Source: an uncultured Spirochaetota bacterium (lineage in GTDB: Bacteria; Spirochaetota; Brevinematia; Brevinematales; JAOACQ01). Taken from it: a stretch of DNA of 64,000 bases. Position numbers and translations under genes: made by a program. This document shows positions 1-10,746 of this stretch, piece by piece (within the stretch, counting starts at the first letter, position 1; each line of letters starts with the position of its first letter). Where the stretch lies: the NCBI GenBank assembly GCA_963806975.1, contig CAWEAK010000022.1:513-64512 (forward strand), given 5' to 3'. Below the pieces are notes generated by a model. It had not been told where the DNA came from, ran no database searches, and saw nothing but the letters and a program-made list of their open reading frames with translations.

Positions 1-2
1 AT

Positions 3-1478
3 ATTTCTATTGCATATGAAAACGAATTATTCTTAAATATTGACACCTATGGTGCAAGGATAGCAGGGATTTCCATTGATGGCAAATGGAACAGGAAGAA
101 GACCCCGGTTTCCATGATATCAGCCGATCAGCTTTATCTGCCTGGAGATTCATACTTTGGCGGAATTGACAATCTTCTTGGGGTGACTGACAGACCTGTT
201 TTTGAGTTAAAGGACTATACTTCAAACAGTGTGTCTTTGACGGCTATTTTAAATTACAAAGGGAACGCTGTTGAATTAACAAAAAAGTATTCGCTTGATA
301 AAAATTACCAGTTTTTTGAAGAGCTGACAATAAAGAATATTTCAAAAAATGCATTCAAGATTGACTTTAAAGGAACGGCTTTAACTGTATCCACAAGTTA
401 TTCATTTTTTACGAAAGAGATGGCAAATTCAGGAAACCCTCTGGTTGCCAGGTATTTTGACGGAAATAACATTAAGACCGCCCTGGGTTCAGGATTTTTA
501 AAATCAAGAGATAAGTCCACTATCATAATAAACCCAAAATGGATGAGCTTAAGCGACAATTATTTTATGTCTGTTGTTAAGCCTGAGTTCGGCGACAATA
601 CCGGAGTATTTATCCTGGTCAAACAGGATAAAACGTACAATGAGATTGCTTATGGATTGGAGATTCAATCCATTTTACTCGAGGCCGGTGAATCAAAAAA
701 CTTTAAGATTGATTATTATATAGGCCCGAAAAAAGAGGCTTTTTTAAGCCAGATAGATAAATCTTATACCAGTCTTTTTGCCTGGCCAATTGCGTTTAAC
801 TGGTTTATGAAACCGATTGAGTGGGTCATATATAAGATCATGTCGATACTTTCCATGTTTATTACTAACTGGGGAATAATCATTATAATACTATCTTTAT
901 TGATCAAGCTTGTACTCTCGCCGCTTTCAATTCAGGCTGCGGTTTCAATAAAAAGGTCGAGCCTGCTTCAGCCAAAGATTAAAAGCCTTCAGGAAAAATA
1001 TAAGGATGATTCAAAGACCTTAAATGAAAAAATGGCAGAACTGTATAAGAAAGAAGGGGTTAATCCGCTCGGCGGATGTTTCCCCTTGCTCCTCCAGATT
1101 CCTGTATTTTTTTCCCTGTACAGGGTTCTTTCTACTTCCGTAGAATTGAAGGATGCCACATTCCTCTGGATTAAAGACCTTACTCAGCCGGATACGCTTT
1201 TTAAGATGAGCCTCCCGCTTCTGCCGAGTAATTTTAATCTGCTCCCGATTATTATGACTATAATACAGCTCATTCAGATGAAGCTCCAATCGATGAAGAC
1301 AACTGCAAATACACAGCAGAATGCTATGAATACGTATTTAATGCCGATAATATTTCTGTTTCTTTTCTGGGGAATGCCTTCAGGACTTGTTTTATACTGG
1401 ACTGTTCAGAATATCTATACAATAATCGAACAGGAAATTATTAATCTCGATAAAAATGTCAGGCTTAAAAAGAAGTAG
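3..1478 (+). CDS. yidC: Membrane protein insertase YidC (5' end outside window)
   Basis: Frame open from base 3; periplasmic domain, YYIGPK, GVNPLGGCFPLLLQIPVF, WIKDLTQPD, PSGLVLYW motifs; next to mnmE. Confidence 0.95.
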   Translation: MSIAYENELFLNIDTYGARIAGISIDGKWNRKKTPVSMISADQLYLPGDSYFGGIDNLLGVTDRPVFELKDYTSNSVSLTAILNYKGNAVELTKKYSLDKNYQFFEELTIKNISKNAFKIDFKGTALTVSTSYSFFTKEMANSGNPLVARYFDGNNIKTALGSGFLKSRDKSTIIINPKWMSLSDNYFMSVVKPEFGDNTGVFILVKQDKTYNEIAYGLEIQSILLEAGESKNFKIDYYIGPKKEAFLSQIDKSYTSLFAWPIAFNWFMKPIEWVIYKIMSILSMFITNWGIIIIILSLLIKLVLSPLSIQAAVSIKRSSLLQPKIKSLQEKYKDDSKTLNEKMAELYKKEGVNPLGGCFPLLLQIPVFFSLYRVLSTSVELKDATFLWIKDLTQPDTLFKMSLPLLPSNFNLLPIIMTIIQLIQMKLQSMKTTANTQQNAMNTYLMPIIFLFLFWGMPSGLVLYWTVQNIYTIIEQEIINLDKNVRLKKK

Positions 1479-1499
1479 TCCCGGCGAGGCTCAATAATT

Positions 1500-2894
1500 A
1501 TGAATGAAACAATAATAGCTTTAGCAACCCCGATGGGCGAAAGCGCCTTCGGGGTTGTTCGTTTAAGCGGTGAAAACACAATAAAATTTATAAATCAGAC
1601 TTTCGTTTATAAAAATAGAAATTCAAATTTAAATGACGCATTAAGTCTTAAAATACCGGACAATATGATGGCTTTGGGAAAATTGATTTATCCTGATACC
1701 GGTGAAGTTTTAGACGAAGTAATTGTTAGCTTATTTAAAGCTCCGCGCTCATACACCGGGGAGGATGTGGCTGAAATTTCCTGTCATGGAAACCCGCTTA
1801 TTTTAAAAGAGATTCTTGAGCTTTTTATTTCAATGGGTGCCCGCCCGGCCAATCCCGGGGAATTTACCGAAAGAGCCTTCCTGAATGGGAAAATAGATTT
1901 GACCGGAGCCGAAGCTGTTAATGACCTGATCCGGGCACATACAAGGTACGCGAAAATCTCGGCTCTTAATCAGCTTGAAGGAAAATTTTTTGAATTAATC
2001 AGACGGATTCATAATAGAATATTGGATCTTCTTGCTCAGATTGAGGTCAGTATCGACCATAGCGACATTGAAGAGGAATATTTTGACAGCGAAAAAATAA
2101 GAGAGGTTCTTCTTGAAATAAATAAAGAAATTGAGGGTCTGTTGAATACAGCTCAGTCCGGAAAAATGACAAGGGAAGGTTTAAAATTAGTTATTGTCGG
2201 CGCGCCGAATACAGGCAAATCGAGCCTTATGAATTATTTATTAAAAGAAGACCGGGTAATAGTCTCAGAACTGCCAGGTACGACAAGAGATACGGTAGAA
2301 GATGAACTGAATATCAAGGGTATTTTTGTGAGGCTCATTGACACTGCCGGAGTGCGTCCGACAGAGGATTTGATTGAACAAAAGGGGATTGAGAGGACAA
2401 AAAAGGCCATTCTATCAGCGGACCTGCGGATTATGCTCTTTGATTGTTCAAGGTCTGTTTCAACCGAAGATGATATATTGTTTAATTCCATTAAGGATAA
2501 AAATAATATTTATATACTTAATAAAACAGACTTAAATAAAATTACTTCTGAAAATGATCTCTTTGATAATTTTCATATAAAGGCTATACCTGTTTCTATA
2601 TTGAATGGAAATGGAATTGAGAAAGTAGAACATGCTGTTACCGATTTTTATTTTTCATTCGGAGTTGATCCCCTGAAGGATGTGATTGTAACAAACCTGA
2701 GACAGGAAAATCTCTTAAGTAAAACAAGGAAATTCCTGACGAATGCCGTAAAAGCCATTGAAGATGATATGTCTATTGAATTCATTGCAAGCGATATAAG
2801 AAAGGCAAGGGCTTCAATTGAGGAAATCACAGGAAAAACGACTGACGAAGACATCCTGGACAGGATTTTTTCTCAATTCTGTATTGGAAAGTAA
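1500..2894 (+). CDS. mnmE: tRNA modification GTPase MnmE
   Basis: TIIALATP, SYTGED, GAPNTGKSS, PGTTRD, DTAG, NKTD, C-terminal FCIGK. Confidence 0.97.
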   Translation: MNETIIALATPMGESAFGVVRLSGENTIKFINQTFVYKNRNSNLNDALSLKIPDNMMALGKLIYPDTGEVLDEVIVSLFKAPRSYTGEDVAEISCHGNPLILKEILELFISMGARPANPGEFTERAFLNGKIDLTGAEAVNDLIRAHTRYAKISALNQLEGKFFELIRRIHNRILDLLAQIEVSIDHSDIEEEYFDSEKIREVLLEINKEIEGLLNTAQSGKMTREGLKLVIVGAPNTGKSSLMNYLLKEDRVIVSELPGTTRDTVEDELNIKGIFVRLIDTAGVRPTEDLIEQKGIERTKKAILSADLRIMLFDCSRSVSTEDDILFNSIKDKNNIYILNKTDLNKITSENDLFDNFHIKAIPVSILNGNGIEKVEHAVTDFYFSFGVDPLKDVIVTNLRQENLLSKTRKFLTNAVKAIEDDMSIEFIASDIRKARASIEEITGKTTDEDILDRIFSQFCIGK

Positions 2895-2896
2895 TA

Positions 2897-5165
2897 TTAA
2901 GCCTTCTTTTTCTCTTCCTGTGAAAGCTTTGCGTTCCATTCTTCCCTTTCATAGATATTTTTATATCTGTAATAATTTGAAAATACCTTTTTTATATATT
3001 CCCTTGTTTCAGCATAAGGAACGAGTTCCATAAGTTCAAGATCGCTTTCTGGATAAAACCTTTGTTTTGTTAAATTGATTACCCTTATCCCGCCGTTGTA
3101 TGAAGCTATCGCCGTTAACAGCCCATAGGATTCTATACTGTCGTTTAAGAATGTCGTTCCAAGCATAATGTTATTGACAGGATTATAGAGATTGATATTT
3201 CTTTTTTCCCGAACCTTTGGAGAAACAAGCCTTGCAGTGGCTGGCATAAGCTGCATCAGCCCCCTTGCCCCAGCCCTTGACCTTGCTAAAGGAATGTACA
3301 TGCTCTCTCCCCTGATGATCGCATAAACAAGGTATTTATCCATATTATTGGTTTCAAGCTGATTGAGAGCAAGGTTTATCTCGCTTTCATAAGGCCTCGG
3401 ATAAAGAAGCATCTGAAGGTCTTTAGAAAGGACGGTAAAATTTTCATTTAAGAAATCGGAATTCTCTATTGAAAGATAGATATTCCTTGCCGTACCGAAA
3501 TCTTTATTTTTTACAAGCTCTTTCAAAATAAGAATATTCTGCTCAACAGGATTTGATATATCGGCTGAGGTCAATATGGCCTTTGCCCTTTCAAGCAGGC
3601 CGAACCTTGTATGTGCGACGAATTTCACATAATTCTCGTTATTTTTTATCCGGTTTAATATATCCGGATCAAAATTAATTAAAACATTGTCATTAATCTT
3701 TTTTGTCAGGCTTATCAGATTTTCCCTTAATACCTCACGCTCGGCCCCCTTTTTGAAGGTAAAGAGAATCTTGTTGTAATAGTATCTTAGAATTTATATC
3801 CTGTGAATTTTTATATGATTCATCAAGACCCCTTATATATTCTTCTTCGGTAATTTTCTTTTCTTCCAGAATGCTGTTTATAAAACTGCGCGATTGAATA
3901 GCATAGTAGCTGTCCGGTATTTTTGAAACCGAGCCTTCAAAACTTTTCAGGGCTTTCTCAAGATCGCCGAGCTTATATGAAGCATATCCATTCCAGAAAG
4001 CTATGTCATCGCTTAAAACTCCTGTTTTCGCGTCAAGATTAAGAACGGAGTATGTTTTTTCCACAATATTTGTAATTTCATCATACTTTTTAAAGGCCAG
4101 AAGATTTCGTATTGTATGCTGTAAATTTTTCTTTACATAAAAATTATCAACATCGCCTTTTAAATAATTATTGTAGTATTCCAAAGCTTTTTTATAATTA
4201 TAATGTGCTCTTCTTGAAATCGGCCATAACAGCCGGTAGTAGTATATCCCCCTTACAATCCCGGAATGGCTTTGTATCGGACTTTTTGAAAGAGTATACA
4301 TATCCGCCATTTCCCGATAAATATTAGAATATTCATTTTCTACCTTTAATTGATTGATCAACTCCCCTACAAAGGGTTTGTTGCAGTTATAAACAATATC
4401 CAGGGCCAAAGATTCCACCTCATCACAGGGGGGATTATATTCTTTAATATAATTGCACGCGCTGTCTACATAAGTGCTGTAGATACCCATTTTAGAAAGG
4501 GAATTTAGAATGGTTTTTTTTTCATTCCGGGAGTAATCCTTCCAGTTGAACTGCACACTTTTGCTGTAAAACAGCTGCGAATCCTCATCTAAATCATCAA
4601 TATTGGCAATATATTTCCCGCTCATTTTGAAATTTCTCATTTGATAGTAAAGCCTGGCGAGAGTAAAATTTATCTCATTCTTTTTATAACCGGAATTTAA
4701 ATATTTATTATCTTCAATAACCTGAATGGCTTTTTGAATTGAGTTTTCTTTTTCATAAACAGAGGACAGCAAAAGCATTGCGTCCATCTTTGAAAGGGAA
4801 TCATCGGAGTTTTTCATTGTGGATAGGAGTATTTCCCTTGATTTTTTATTATTACCGGCTTTGCCGTAAGATTTTGCCAGCAGTATATCCACATCATCTC
4901 TCAATATGAAATTACTGTTCTTATTTTTTAGATTTTCCAGTGTAGTTATAATATATGGAAGGTCTTTTAATTTTAAATGCTTATCATTTAAGAAGAGAGA
5001 CATCTTTTTAAACGTCTCCAATTCATTGTATTGCTGTTCGATCAGGCTTTCCATAAAAAATTCCCTGGTCGGCTCGAGAGAAAAAAGCATTGCGGAAACG
5101 AGAATGATCGATGTTACAATCAATTCCGCCTTTAAAGTTTTCATCGGTCTGCCAAAACTCATCAT
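2897..5165 (-). CDS. Soluble lytic transglycosylase with TPR-like N-terminal region (frameshift near 3770 splits it into 3735..5165 and 2897..3628)
   Basis: SLT motifs IRGES, ARGLMQLMPATA, ASYNGG, YAETREY in the C-terminal part; signal-like hydrophobic start and helical repeats in the N-terminal part. Confidence 0.8.
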
Positions 5166-5372
5166 TCACTCCGCGTTTATTATTTTTCATATGCCCTAAG
5201 CCAAATGTTATACTGAGTTACAATCAAAACGATACTAATAGTGAACTCAGTATAATACCAAGTAAGCATTTAAAGTTCGTTACACTCATTTTGAATGCAA
5301 CTTGGTATTATATTAATTATTAAGAGAAAAATTCTATCAATGATTTGTGTTATAGTCAAGTTTTACTTATTA

Positions 5373-5966
5373 TTATCGCCTTATCTGTCTATATTCTTGA
5401 GTGATTATACTTTCACCGATCCGAAGTGATAGCTCTTTTATATCTTCCGGGTTTACAAGATTCGGGACAATTGTTGTCCTGAATTGATGAGAGACCTTAC
5501 TATTTTTAATAATTTCTATAGATTTCTTTATTTTTGAAACATCAAAGACCTTTACACCAACAGTCTCAGGGTATTTATCGTACAAGTTTTTAATATCCAT
5601 TGCAATGAAGTCAATAAGATTCTCATCAATAAAACTTTTAATCACTTCCGGCTTGTATCCGTTTGTATCAAGTTTGACTAAAAAACCGTTTGATTTACAC
5701 CATCCAAAGAATTTTCTTAATTGATCTTGCCATAAAGTCGGTTCTCCTCCGCTCACACAGACACCACGGATTTTACCTTTTCTACTTAATAGAAAACTTT
5801 TAATATAATCTTCAGGTATATCGGGAGATTTTTCAAACAGAGCCGGTTCGACAAGGCTCCAGTTATGGCACCATGAACATCTGAAATTACACCCGCCGGT
5901 AAATAAAGTCGAAGCTACTACGCCGGGATAATCTATTAATGAAACCTTTTGAAAACCTTTAAACAT
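5373..5966 (-). CDS. nrdG: Anaerobic ribonucleotide reductase activating enzyme (radical SAM)
   Basis: SLIDYPG, GCNFRCSWCHN, VSGGEPT, KLDTNG, AMDIK; downstream of nrdD; ATG at 5966 preferred. Confidence 0.93.
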   Translation of the reverse strand: MFKGFQKVSLIDYPGVVASTLFTGGCNFRCSWCHNWSLVEPALFEKSPDIPEDYIKSFLLSRKGKIRGVCVSGGEPTLWQDQLRKFFGWCKSNGFLVKLDTNGYKPEVIKSFIDENLIDFIAMDIKNLYDKYPETVGVKVFDVSKIKKSIEIIKNSKVSHQFRTTIVPNLVNPEDIKELSLRIGESIITQEYRQIRR

Positions 5967-6022
5967 ATTATATTCTTTCACAAATGCCCCATTCGGATGC
6001 TCCAAGATTTTTTCCCGCTGAT

Positions 6023-6086
6023 CTGCGAGGAATTATAATTGGGTCAAGCAGCTTGTCCTGAGTGTAGCAAAGGGGCATGTCTTGTT
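6023..6086 (+). repeat. Dispersed REP/MITE-like repeat, copy 1
   Basis: ctgcgaggaatt...gggtcaagcagcttgtcctg...aaggggcatgtcttgtt; similar copies at 11753, 17495, 38038, 48239, 57726 and inverted at 11495. Confidence 0.85.
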
Positions 6087-6092
6087 AAAGTC

Positions 6093-6251
6093 TCAACTCT
6101 GTGCTACAAGTTTTTTCTCGTAGGTATTTCTTTCCGTGAATTCCTGCTGTTTACCGGTATTCCAGTGCTGAACCGGGCGGTAATAGCCCACAATTCTCGA
6201 ATAAACCTCTGTCGGAATCACGAGTTTCTTGTTTTCATCTTTTTCCTGCAT
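6093..6251 (-). CDS. Stand-alone NrdD C-terminal glycyl-radical peptide, 52 aa (not in ORF track)
   Basis: Hand translation MQEKDENKKLVIPTEVYSRIVGYYRPVQHWNTGKQQEFTERNTYEKKLVAQS; own GGAGGGG RBS; YSRIVGY and WNxGKxxEF match the class III RNR C-terminus. Confidence 0.9.
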   Translation of the reverse strand: MQEKDENKKLVIPTEVYSRIVGYYRPVQHWNTGKQQEFTERNTYEKKLVAQS

Positions 6252-6322
6252 TCTTCCCCTCCACAACTAATAGCTGGCAGTTCGCAACTGACAGTTCATA
6301 ACTGAAATTATTTAAAACTAAC

Positions 6323-8430
6323 TTATATACTCTCTATATACTTGCCGTACTTGTGCAGTTCCTCTTCCGTATGAGGATAGGGACAAGTCCAGTGTTCCCC
6401 GGTTATGTAACCATGTATGGGACAGACCGAAAACGTCGGCGTTATTGAAAAATATGGAAGCCTGTACTGGCTGGCGATTGTCCTTACAATATTTGCGATG
6501 GCTGTCTGGTTTGTTATTTTCTCCCCAAGAAAAACGTGAATCACAGTCCCGCCTGTAAACCTTGCCTGCAATTCATCCTGATGGTCAAGAAGTTCAAAAA
6601 TATCATCTGTCGCGTTAACAGGCAGGTGGACCGAATTTGTATAATATGGCGCCTCTTCCGTTCCTGAAGAAAGAATATCCGGAAATTTCTTCTTGTCCGC
6701 CTTCGCTAACCGGTAGCTTGCGCCTTCGGCAGGAGAAGCCTCGAGATTATAAAGATTGCCTGTCTCTATTTTAAATGTTTCGAGAATATCGAGCATAAAA
6801 TCCAATACCCTTAAAGCAAAAGCTCTCCCGGTTCCGGTATGATAAGGTACTTTAATGAGGTTCATTACCGCTTCGTTCATTCCAATCAAAGCTATTGTTG
6901 AAAAATGGTTTGTCCAATACCTGCCGCTCCTTTTTTTAATATCCTCAAGATAAATACGGGTATATGGATAAAGCCCGGTATCTGTCAATTCCTCAATAAT
7001 CTTCCTCTTTATTTCAAGGGAGGTTTTTGATATTTCCATCTGCTGTTTTAGTAAAGTGAAAAATTCATCTTCCGACGAGGATTGATATGCAAGTCTTGGA
7101 AGATTAATAGTGACAACTCCGATTGAACCGGTCATAGGATTTGCGGCAAAAAGGCCGCCTCTTTTTATCTTTTCTTCATCGGGATTATGATTTTCAAGGG
7201 TTTTTTTACTTAATTGAGCGCGAACTTCACGGTTATCAAGTTTCAACCTGCAGCACATACTTCTTGAGTCTTCCACACTCATATCAGAATTTATAAAATT
7301 ACTGAAATAAGGGGTTCCATATTTTGCAGTCATCTCCCAGATTGCTTTGTATGCGGGATTTTCCCAATCAAAATCACTTGTAATATTGTAGGTTGGAATA
7401 GGGAAAGTAAAGGGGCGGTTTCTGGCATCACCTTCAAGCATCACTTCGGCAAAAGCCCTGTTGATATATTCCATCTCTTTTTTAAATTCAGAGTAAGTTT
7501 CGTCCTTTATTTCGCCGCCGGCAATAACACCCTTATCTTTCAGATAACCGGGGCAGACAAGATCAAATGTTAAATTTGTAAAGGGGGTTTGAAAACCGAC
7601 GCAGAGTAGGTACATTCAGATTAAAAACAAATTCCTGAAGAGCCTGCCTTGTTTCTTCGTAGGAGAGGTTATCATAACGGACGAAAGGAGCCAGAAGAGT
7701 GTCAAAATTGGCAAAGGCCTGAGCGCCGGCCGCTTCTCCCTGAAGGGTATAAAAGAAATTGACAATCTGTCCGAGAGCGGAACGGAGATGCTTCGCGGGC
7801 TTACTCTCAACCTTGCCGCTGACTCCGCCGAATCCCTTAATCAAAAGCTGCTCCAGGTCCCATCCCACACAGTAAGCGGAAAGTGAACCAAGGTCATGGA
7901 TGTGCAGCGCTCCATTGCGGTGAGCCTCTCCGATTTCAGGAGTGTAAATCTTGGAAAGCCAGTAGCTCGCCGTTATTGTGGAAGAAACATGGGCGTTTAA
8001 CCCCTGAAGGGAATAGCTCATATTACTGTTTTCATTAACGCGCCAGTCCCTTAAGTGAACATAATCTTCAATAATATTCAGGCTCTCATTGAGAGTCCTG
8101 TTAATATTACGGATTTCATTCCTTTTAGCCCGGTAAAGAATATAGGCTTTTGCAGTTTTTCTAAAGCCCATATTCATAAGTGTATCTTCAACTATATCCT
8201 GAATGTGCTCAATACCGACTATTTTATCATCCAGCTTGCTGACCACCATAGCGGTAATTTCCCAAGCCTGATTGTAATTCCCCTCACCTGTTACCTCGAA
8301 AGCCTTATTTACGGCGGACGCAATCTTTGCCGCGTCAAAATCAAGTACTCTTCCATCTCTTTTTGTTACAAATGCCGCCTGGTCAATTGACTTTTTTGAT
8401 TGAACCAGCTCCCCTTACCATTTTTTCCAT
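6323..8430 (-). CDS. nrdD: Class III ribonucleoside-triphosphate reductase NrdD lacking the glycyl-radical tail (apparent frameshifts near 8412 and 7605)
   Basis: ATP cone (VTKRDGR), HIHDLG, YCVGW, FTFPIPTYN, RSMCCRL, TGGTV, Zn site CPIH...CPYPH; ATG at 8430 with GGGAGGGG RBS. Confidence 0.93.
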
Positions 8431-8818
8431 AGATTCCCCTCCCAATCTGCATGAAATTAGTTATTACGATGAAGGTTCTTTTCTTTGCGATAAATTTGAC
8501 GGCTTTAGTGAACGGATTTGAAAATCATGACTAATAGTAAAATACTTTAAACTGATTCTTTGTGACGTGCAATTTTTTAATGAATACATAAGCACCCTGA
8601 TTATTTATTTATATTAATGAAGTTTATTATATTTTATTTTTATTTAAAAATCCAAAATTAACACTTTTTTAATACAATCTTCAATTTTCTATTTGCTTAA
8701 TAAATATGAAATTAAAAATCGATAAAAATATTTTTATTTTTGTTGAAATTTATTTTGAAAACGGGACAATGATATTGTCATAACAAGTTCCTTCTTTCTG
8801 CTTTTCAAAAATTGTTTT

Positions 8819-9410
8819 TTAATCAAATAAGCGTAGCTGGTCTTTTTCATTCAGCTCTTTTTCTTTTTGTTTTTTTTCTTCTTTTAATCGCTTTTTTTCA
8901 ATCTCTTTTTCTTCCCTGATTTTTTCCTGTTCAATCTTGTATACATCTATTTCTGCACTTTCTTCTTCAGAGGCTATTTTTATCACGATATCATTTATCA
9001 TGCTTTTTGGAATGATTATCCCTTCCGGAGTTTCATAATAAGTGAACTCATCGGTAATATCCGGCAAGCAATATCCTTCCTCCCCGATATTTATATTACG
9101 GATATTCCTGATCTGGGCAGCCTTGTTGCCAGTTGTTGATTTATTCGTTTTAAAAAAGGCGCTGATATTATCCATTGTAAATTAGTGCGAATTGTCTTTA
9201 TCAAAAAGAAAATTCAACCTTGCGATTACCGTCATTATTCCCGCTGCCCAGATATTGGCTTGTCCGCTAGTGATATCAAGTTTGCGCATCCGGCAAAGGT
9301 CCATCAGAAGTTTTTCCGCATAGCTGAAATAATCATTATTCAGATATCTTTCGCAGAATTCTCCTAACATTCCCGCTATTTCATCCTGCCGTTCTTTCTT
9401 TTTTGCTTTA
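8819..9410 (-). pseudogene. DUF6398-like protein, frameshifted near 9180, no clear start codon
   Basis: FCERYLNNDY...IWAAGI...NFLFDK then STTGNKAAQIR across ORFs 9182..9370 and 8819..9175; family recognised from memory. Confidence 0.5.
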
Positions 9411-9428
9411 ATATTTTCCGTTTAATTA

Positions 9429-9475
9429 TTGACAAAATTTTAAATCTATATTACTATATAAAGATATCTTGATAT
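9429..9475 (+). promoter_or_regulatory. Sigma70 promoter and overlapping palindromic operator of the sahR-like operon
   Basis: TTGACA(9429)-N17-TACTAT(9452); 20-bp near-perfect palindrome atataaagatatcttgatat at 9456-9475. Confidence 0.75.
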
Positions 9476-9511
9476 AAAAAATTTGAAAATAAAATTATAG
9501 GTAAGTAGAAA

Positions 9512-10417
9512 TTGACACAGTATTTTAAAGCCCTTTCTGACAAGACGCGGCAGAGGATTGTAAATTTACTTATTCATAATGAGCTTAATGTTAATGAAAT
9601 CGTATCCCTGCTTGGAATGGGACAGCCGCGGGTATCGAGACACCTCAGAATTCTAACCGAATGCGGTATTATAAAATTTAGAAGAGACGGTCTCTGGGTG
9701 TTTTATTCGGGCGCCGATAAGGGGGAAGGGAAGGAATTAATTGATTCCATCGGCTTTTTATTTAATAGGGAAGAATCTTTTAAAAACGACACAAAAAAAC
9801 TTGAAAAATTGAGGAGCAATTCCCTCAAGGAAACCAGCCTCTTTTTCGACAGCGTTGCAGAAGATTGGGAGGCTTTGAAGCATAATATAATTGGTGATTT
9901 TGACCTCAGCCGGATCGTTCTTGAAAAGATGATTAACTGCTCTGCGGCTGCAGACCTGGGTTGCGGTACCGGTGATTTTCTTCCTGTCCTGAAGAAGAGG
10001 GCAGAGAAGGTAATAGGCGTTGATAATTCGCCCAACATGCTGAAAACTACCAGAGACCGTTTTGCGGGACAAAATGGCTTTGATTTAAGGATGGGAGAAA
10101 TGGAACACCTTCCCCTTCGGGACGGCGAGGCTGATTTTGCGCTTATCAATATGGTACTGCATCATCTTTCCGATCCTTATTCAGGTTTACTTGAGGCAAA
10201 CAGGATTCTTAACCACGGAGGCATGTTAGTTATAGCCGATTTTGACAAACACATGGATGAATCTATGAGGAAAAAATACGGCGACAGATGGCTTGGCTTT
10301 GAGAAAAAAGAAGTAGAAAAATGGCTGGAAAAAGCCGGTTTTAAGACAGAAAAATCCGAAGAGAATGATCTTTTGAAAGGGAAAAAGCTCATGATTTTTT
10401 ATTCGAAAAAAATATGA
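9512..10417 (+). CDS. sahR: ArsR-HTH plus SAM-methyltransferase fusion regulator (SahR-like)
   Basis: FKALSDKTRQRI...QPRVSRHLRIL HTH fused to DLGCGTG methyltransferase fold; heads metF-ahcY. Confidence 0.8.
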   Translation: MTQYFKALSDKTRQRIVNLLIHNELNVNEIVSLLGMGQPRVSRHLRILTECGIIKFRRDGLWVFYSGADKGEGKELIDSIGFLFNREESFKNDTKKLEKLRSNSLKETSLFFDSVAEDWEALKHNIIGDFDLSRIVLEKMINCSAAADLGCGTGDFLPVLKKRAEKVIGVDNSPNMLKTTRDRFAGQNGFDLRMGEMEHLPLRDGEADFALINMVLHHLSDPYSGLLEANRILNHGGMLVIADFDKHMDESMRKKYGDRWLGFEKKEVEKWLEKAGFKTEKSEENDLLKGKKLMIFYSKKI

Positions 10418-10431
10418 TTTAGAGGCCAGTT

Positions 10432-10746
10432 ATGTCTAAATGCAAAATAACAGTATTAAAAAAAATTTTTCACAGGGATTTATTTGAGAAATATTCCAGT
10501 TTAAGTCTTTCGGAGAACATAGGAGGATGCTCTATGTTTAAAACAGGAGATTCCTTCTTCGTCGATAATTATAATAAAATGCCGGTAAATTTCTGTCCCT
10601 GGGCCTGGGCCGATATCCATAAGGATGTTATCGCGGCTCTTTTCGGCGGGGATTTTCCCTGGATGAAGCAAAAAGGAACAAATATTACCTGCTGTACAGA
10701 CGGTTTAATGCCCGTTATATTTGAAGTTGAAAGAATTGAAGAATAA
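10432..10746 (+). CDS. Small Cys-containing protein (TIGR04076-like)
   Basis: KCKITVLK, FCPWAWADI, CCTDGLMPVIFEVERI pattern. Confidence 0.7.
   Translation: MSKCKITVLKKIFHRDLFEKYSSLSLSENIGGCSMFKTGDSFFVDNYNKMPVNFCPWAWADIHKDVIAALFGGDFPWMKQKGTNITCCTDGLMPVIFEVERIEE

Noticed and set aside
6039..6305. Plus-strand 88-aa ORF MGQAACPECSKG
   Set aside because: Starts in a repeat copy and is antisense to the real 52-aa glycyl-loop gene.
8450..8800. AT-rich stretch as replication origin or NrdR-box region
   Set aside because: No DnaA-box cluster or convincing NrdR box seen; consistent with an ordinary promoter region.
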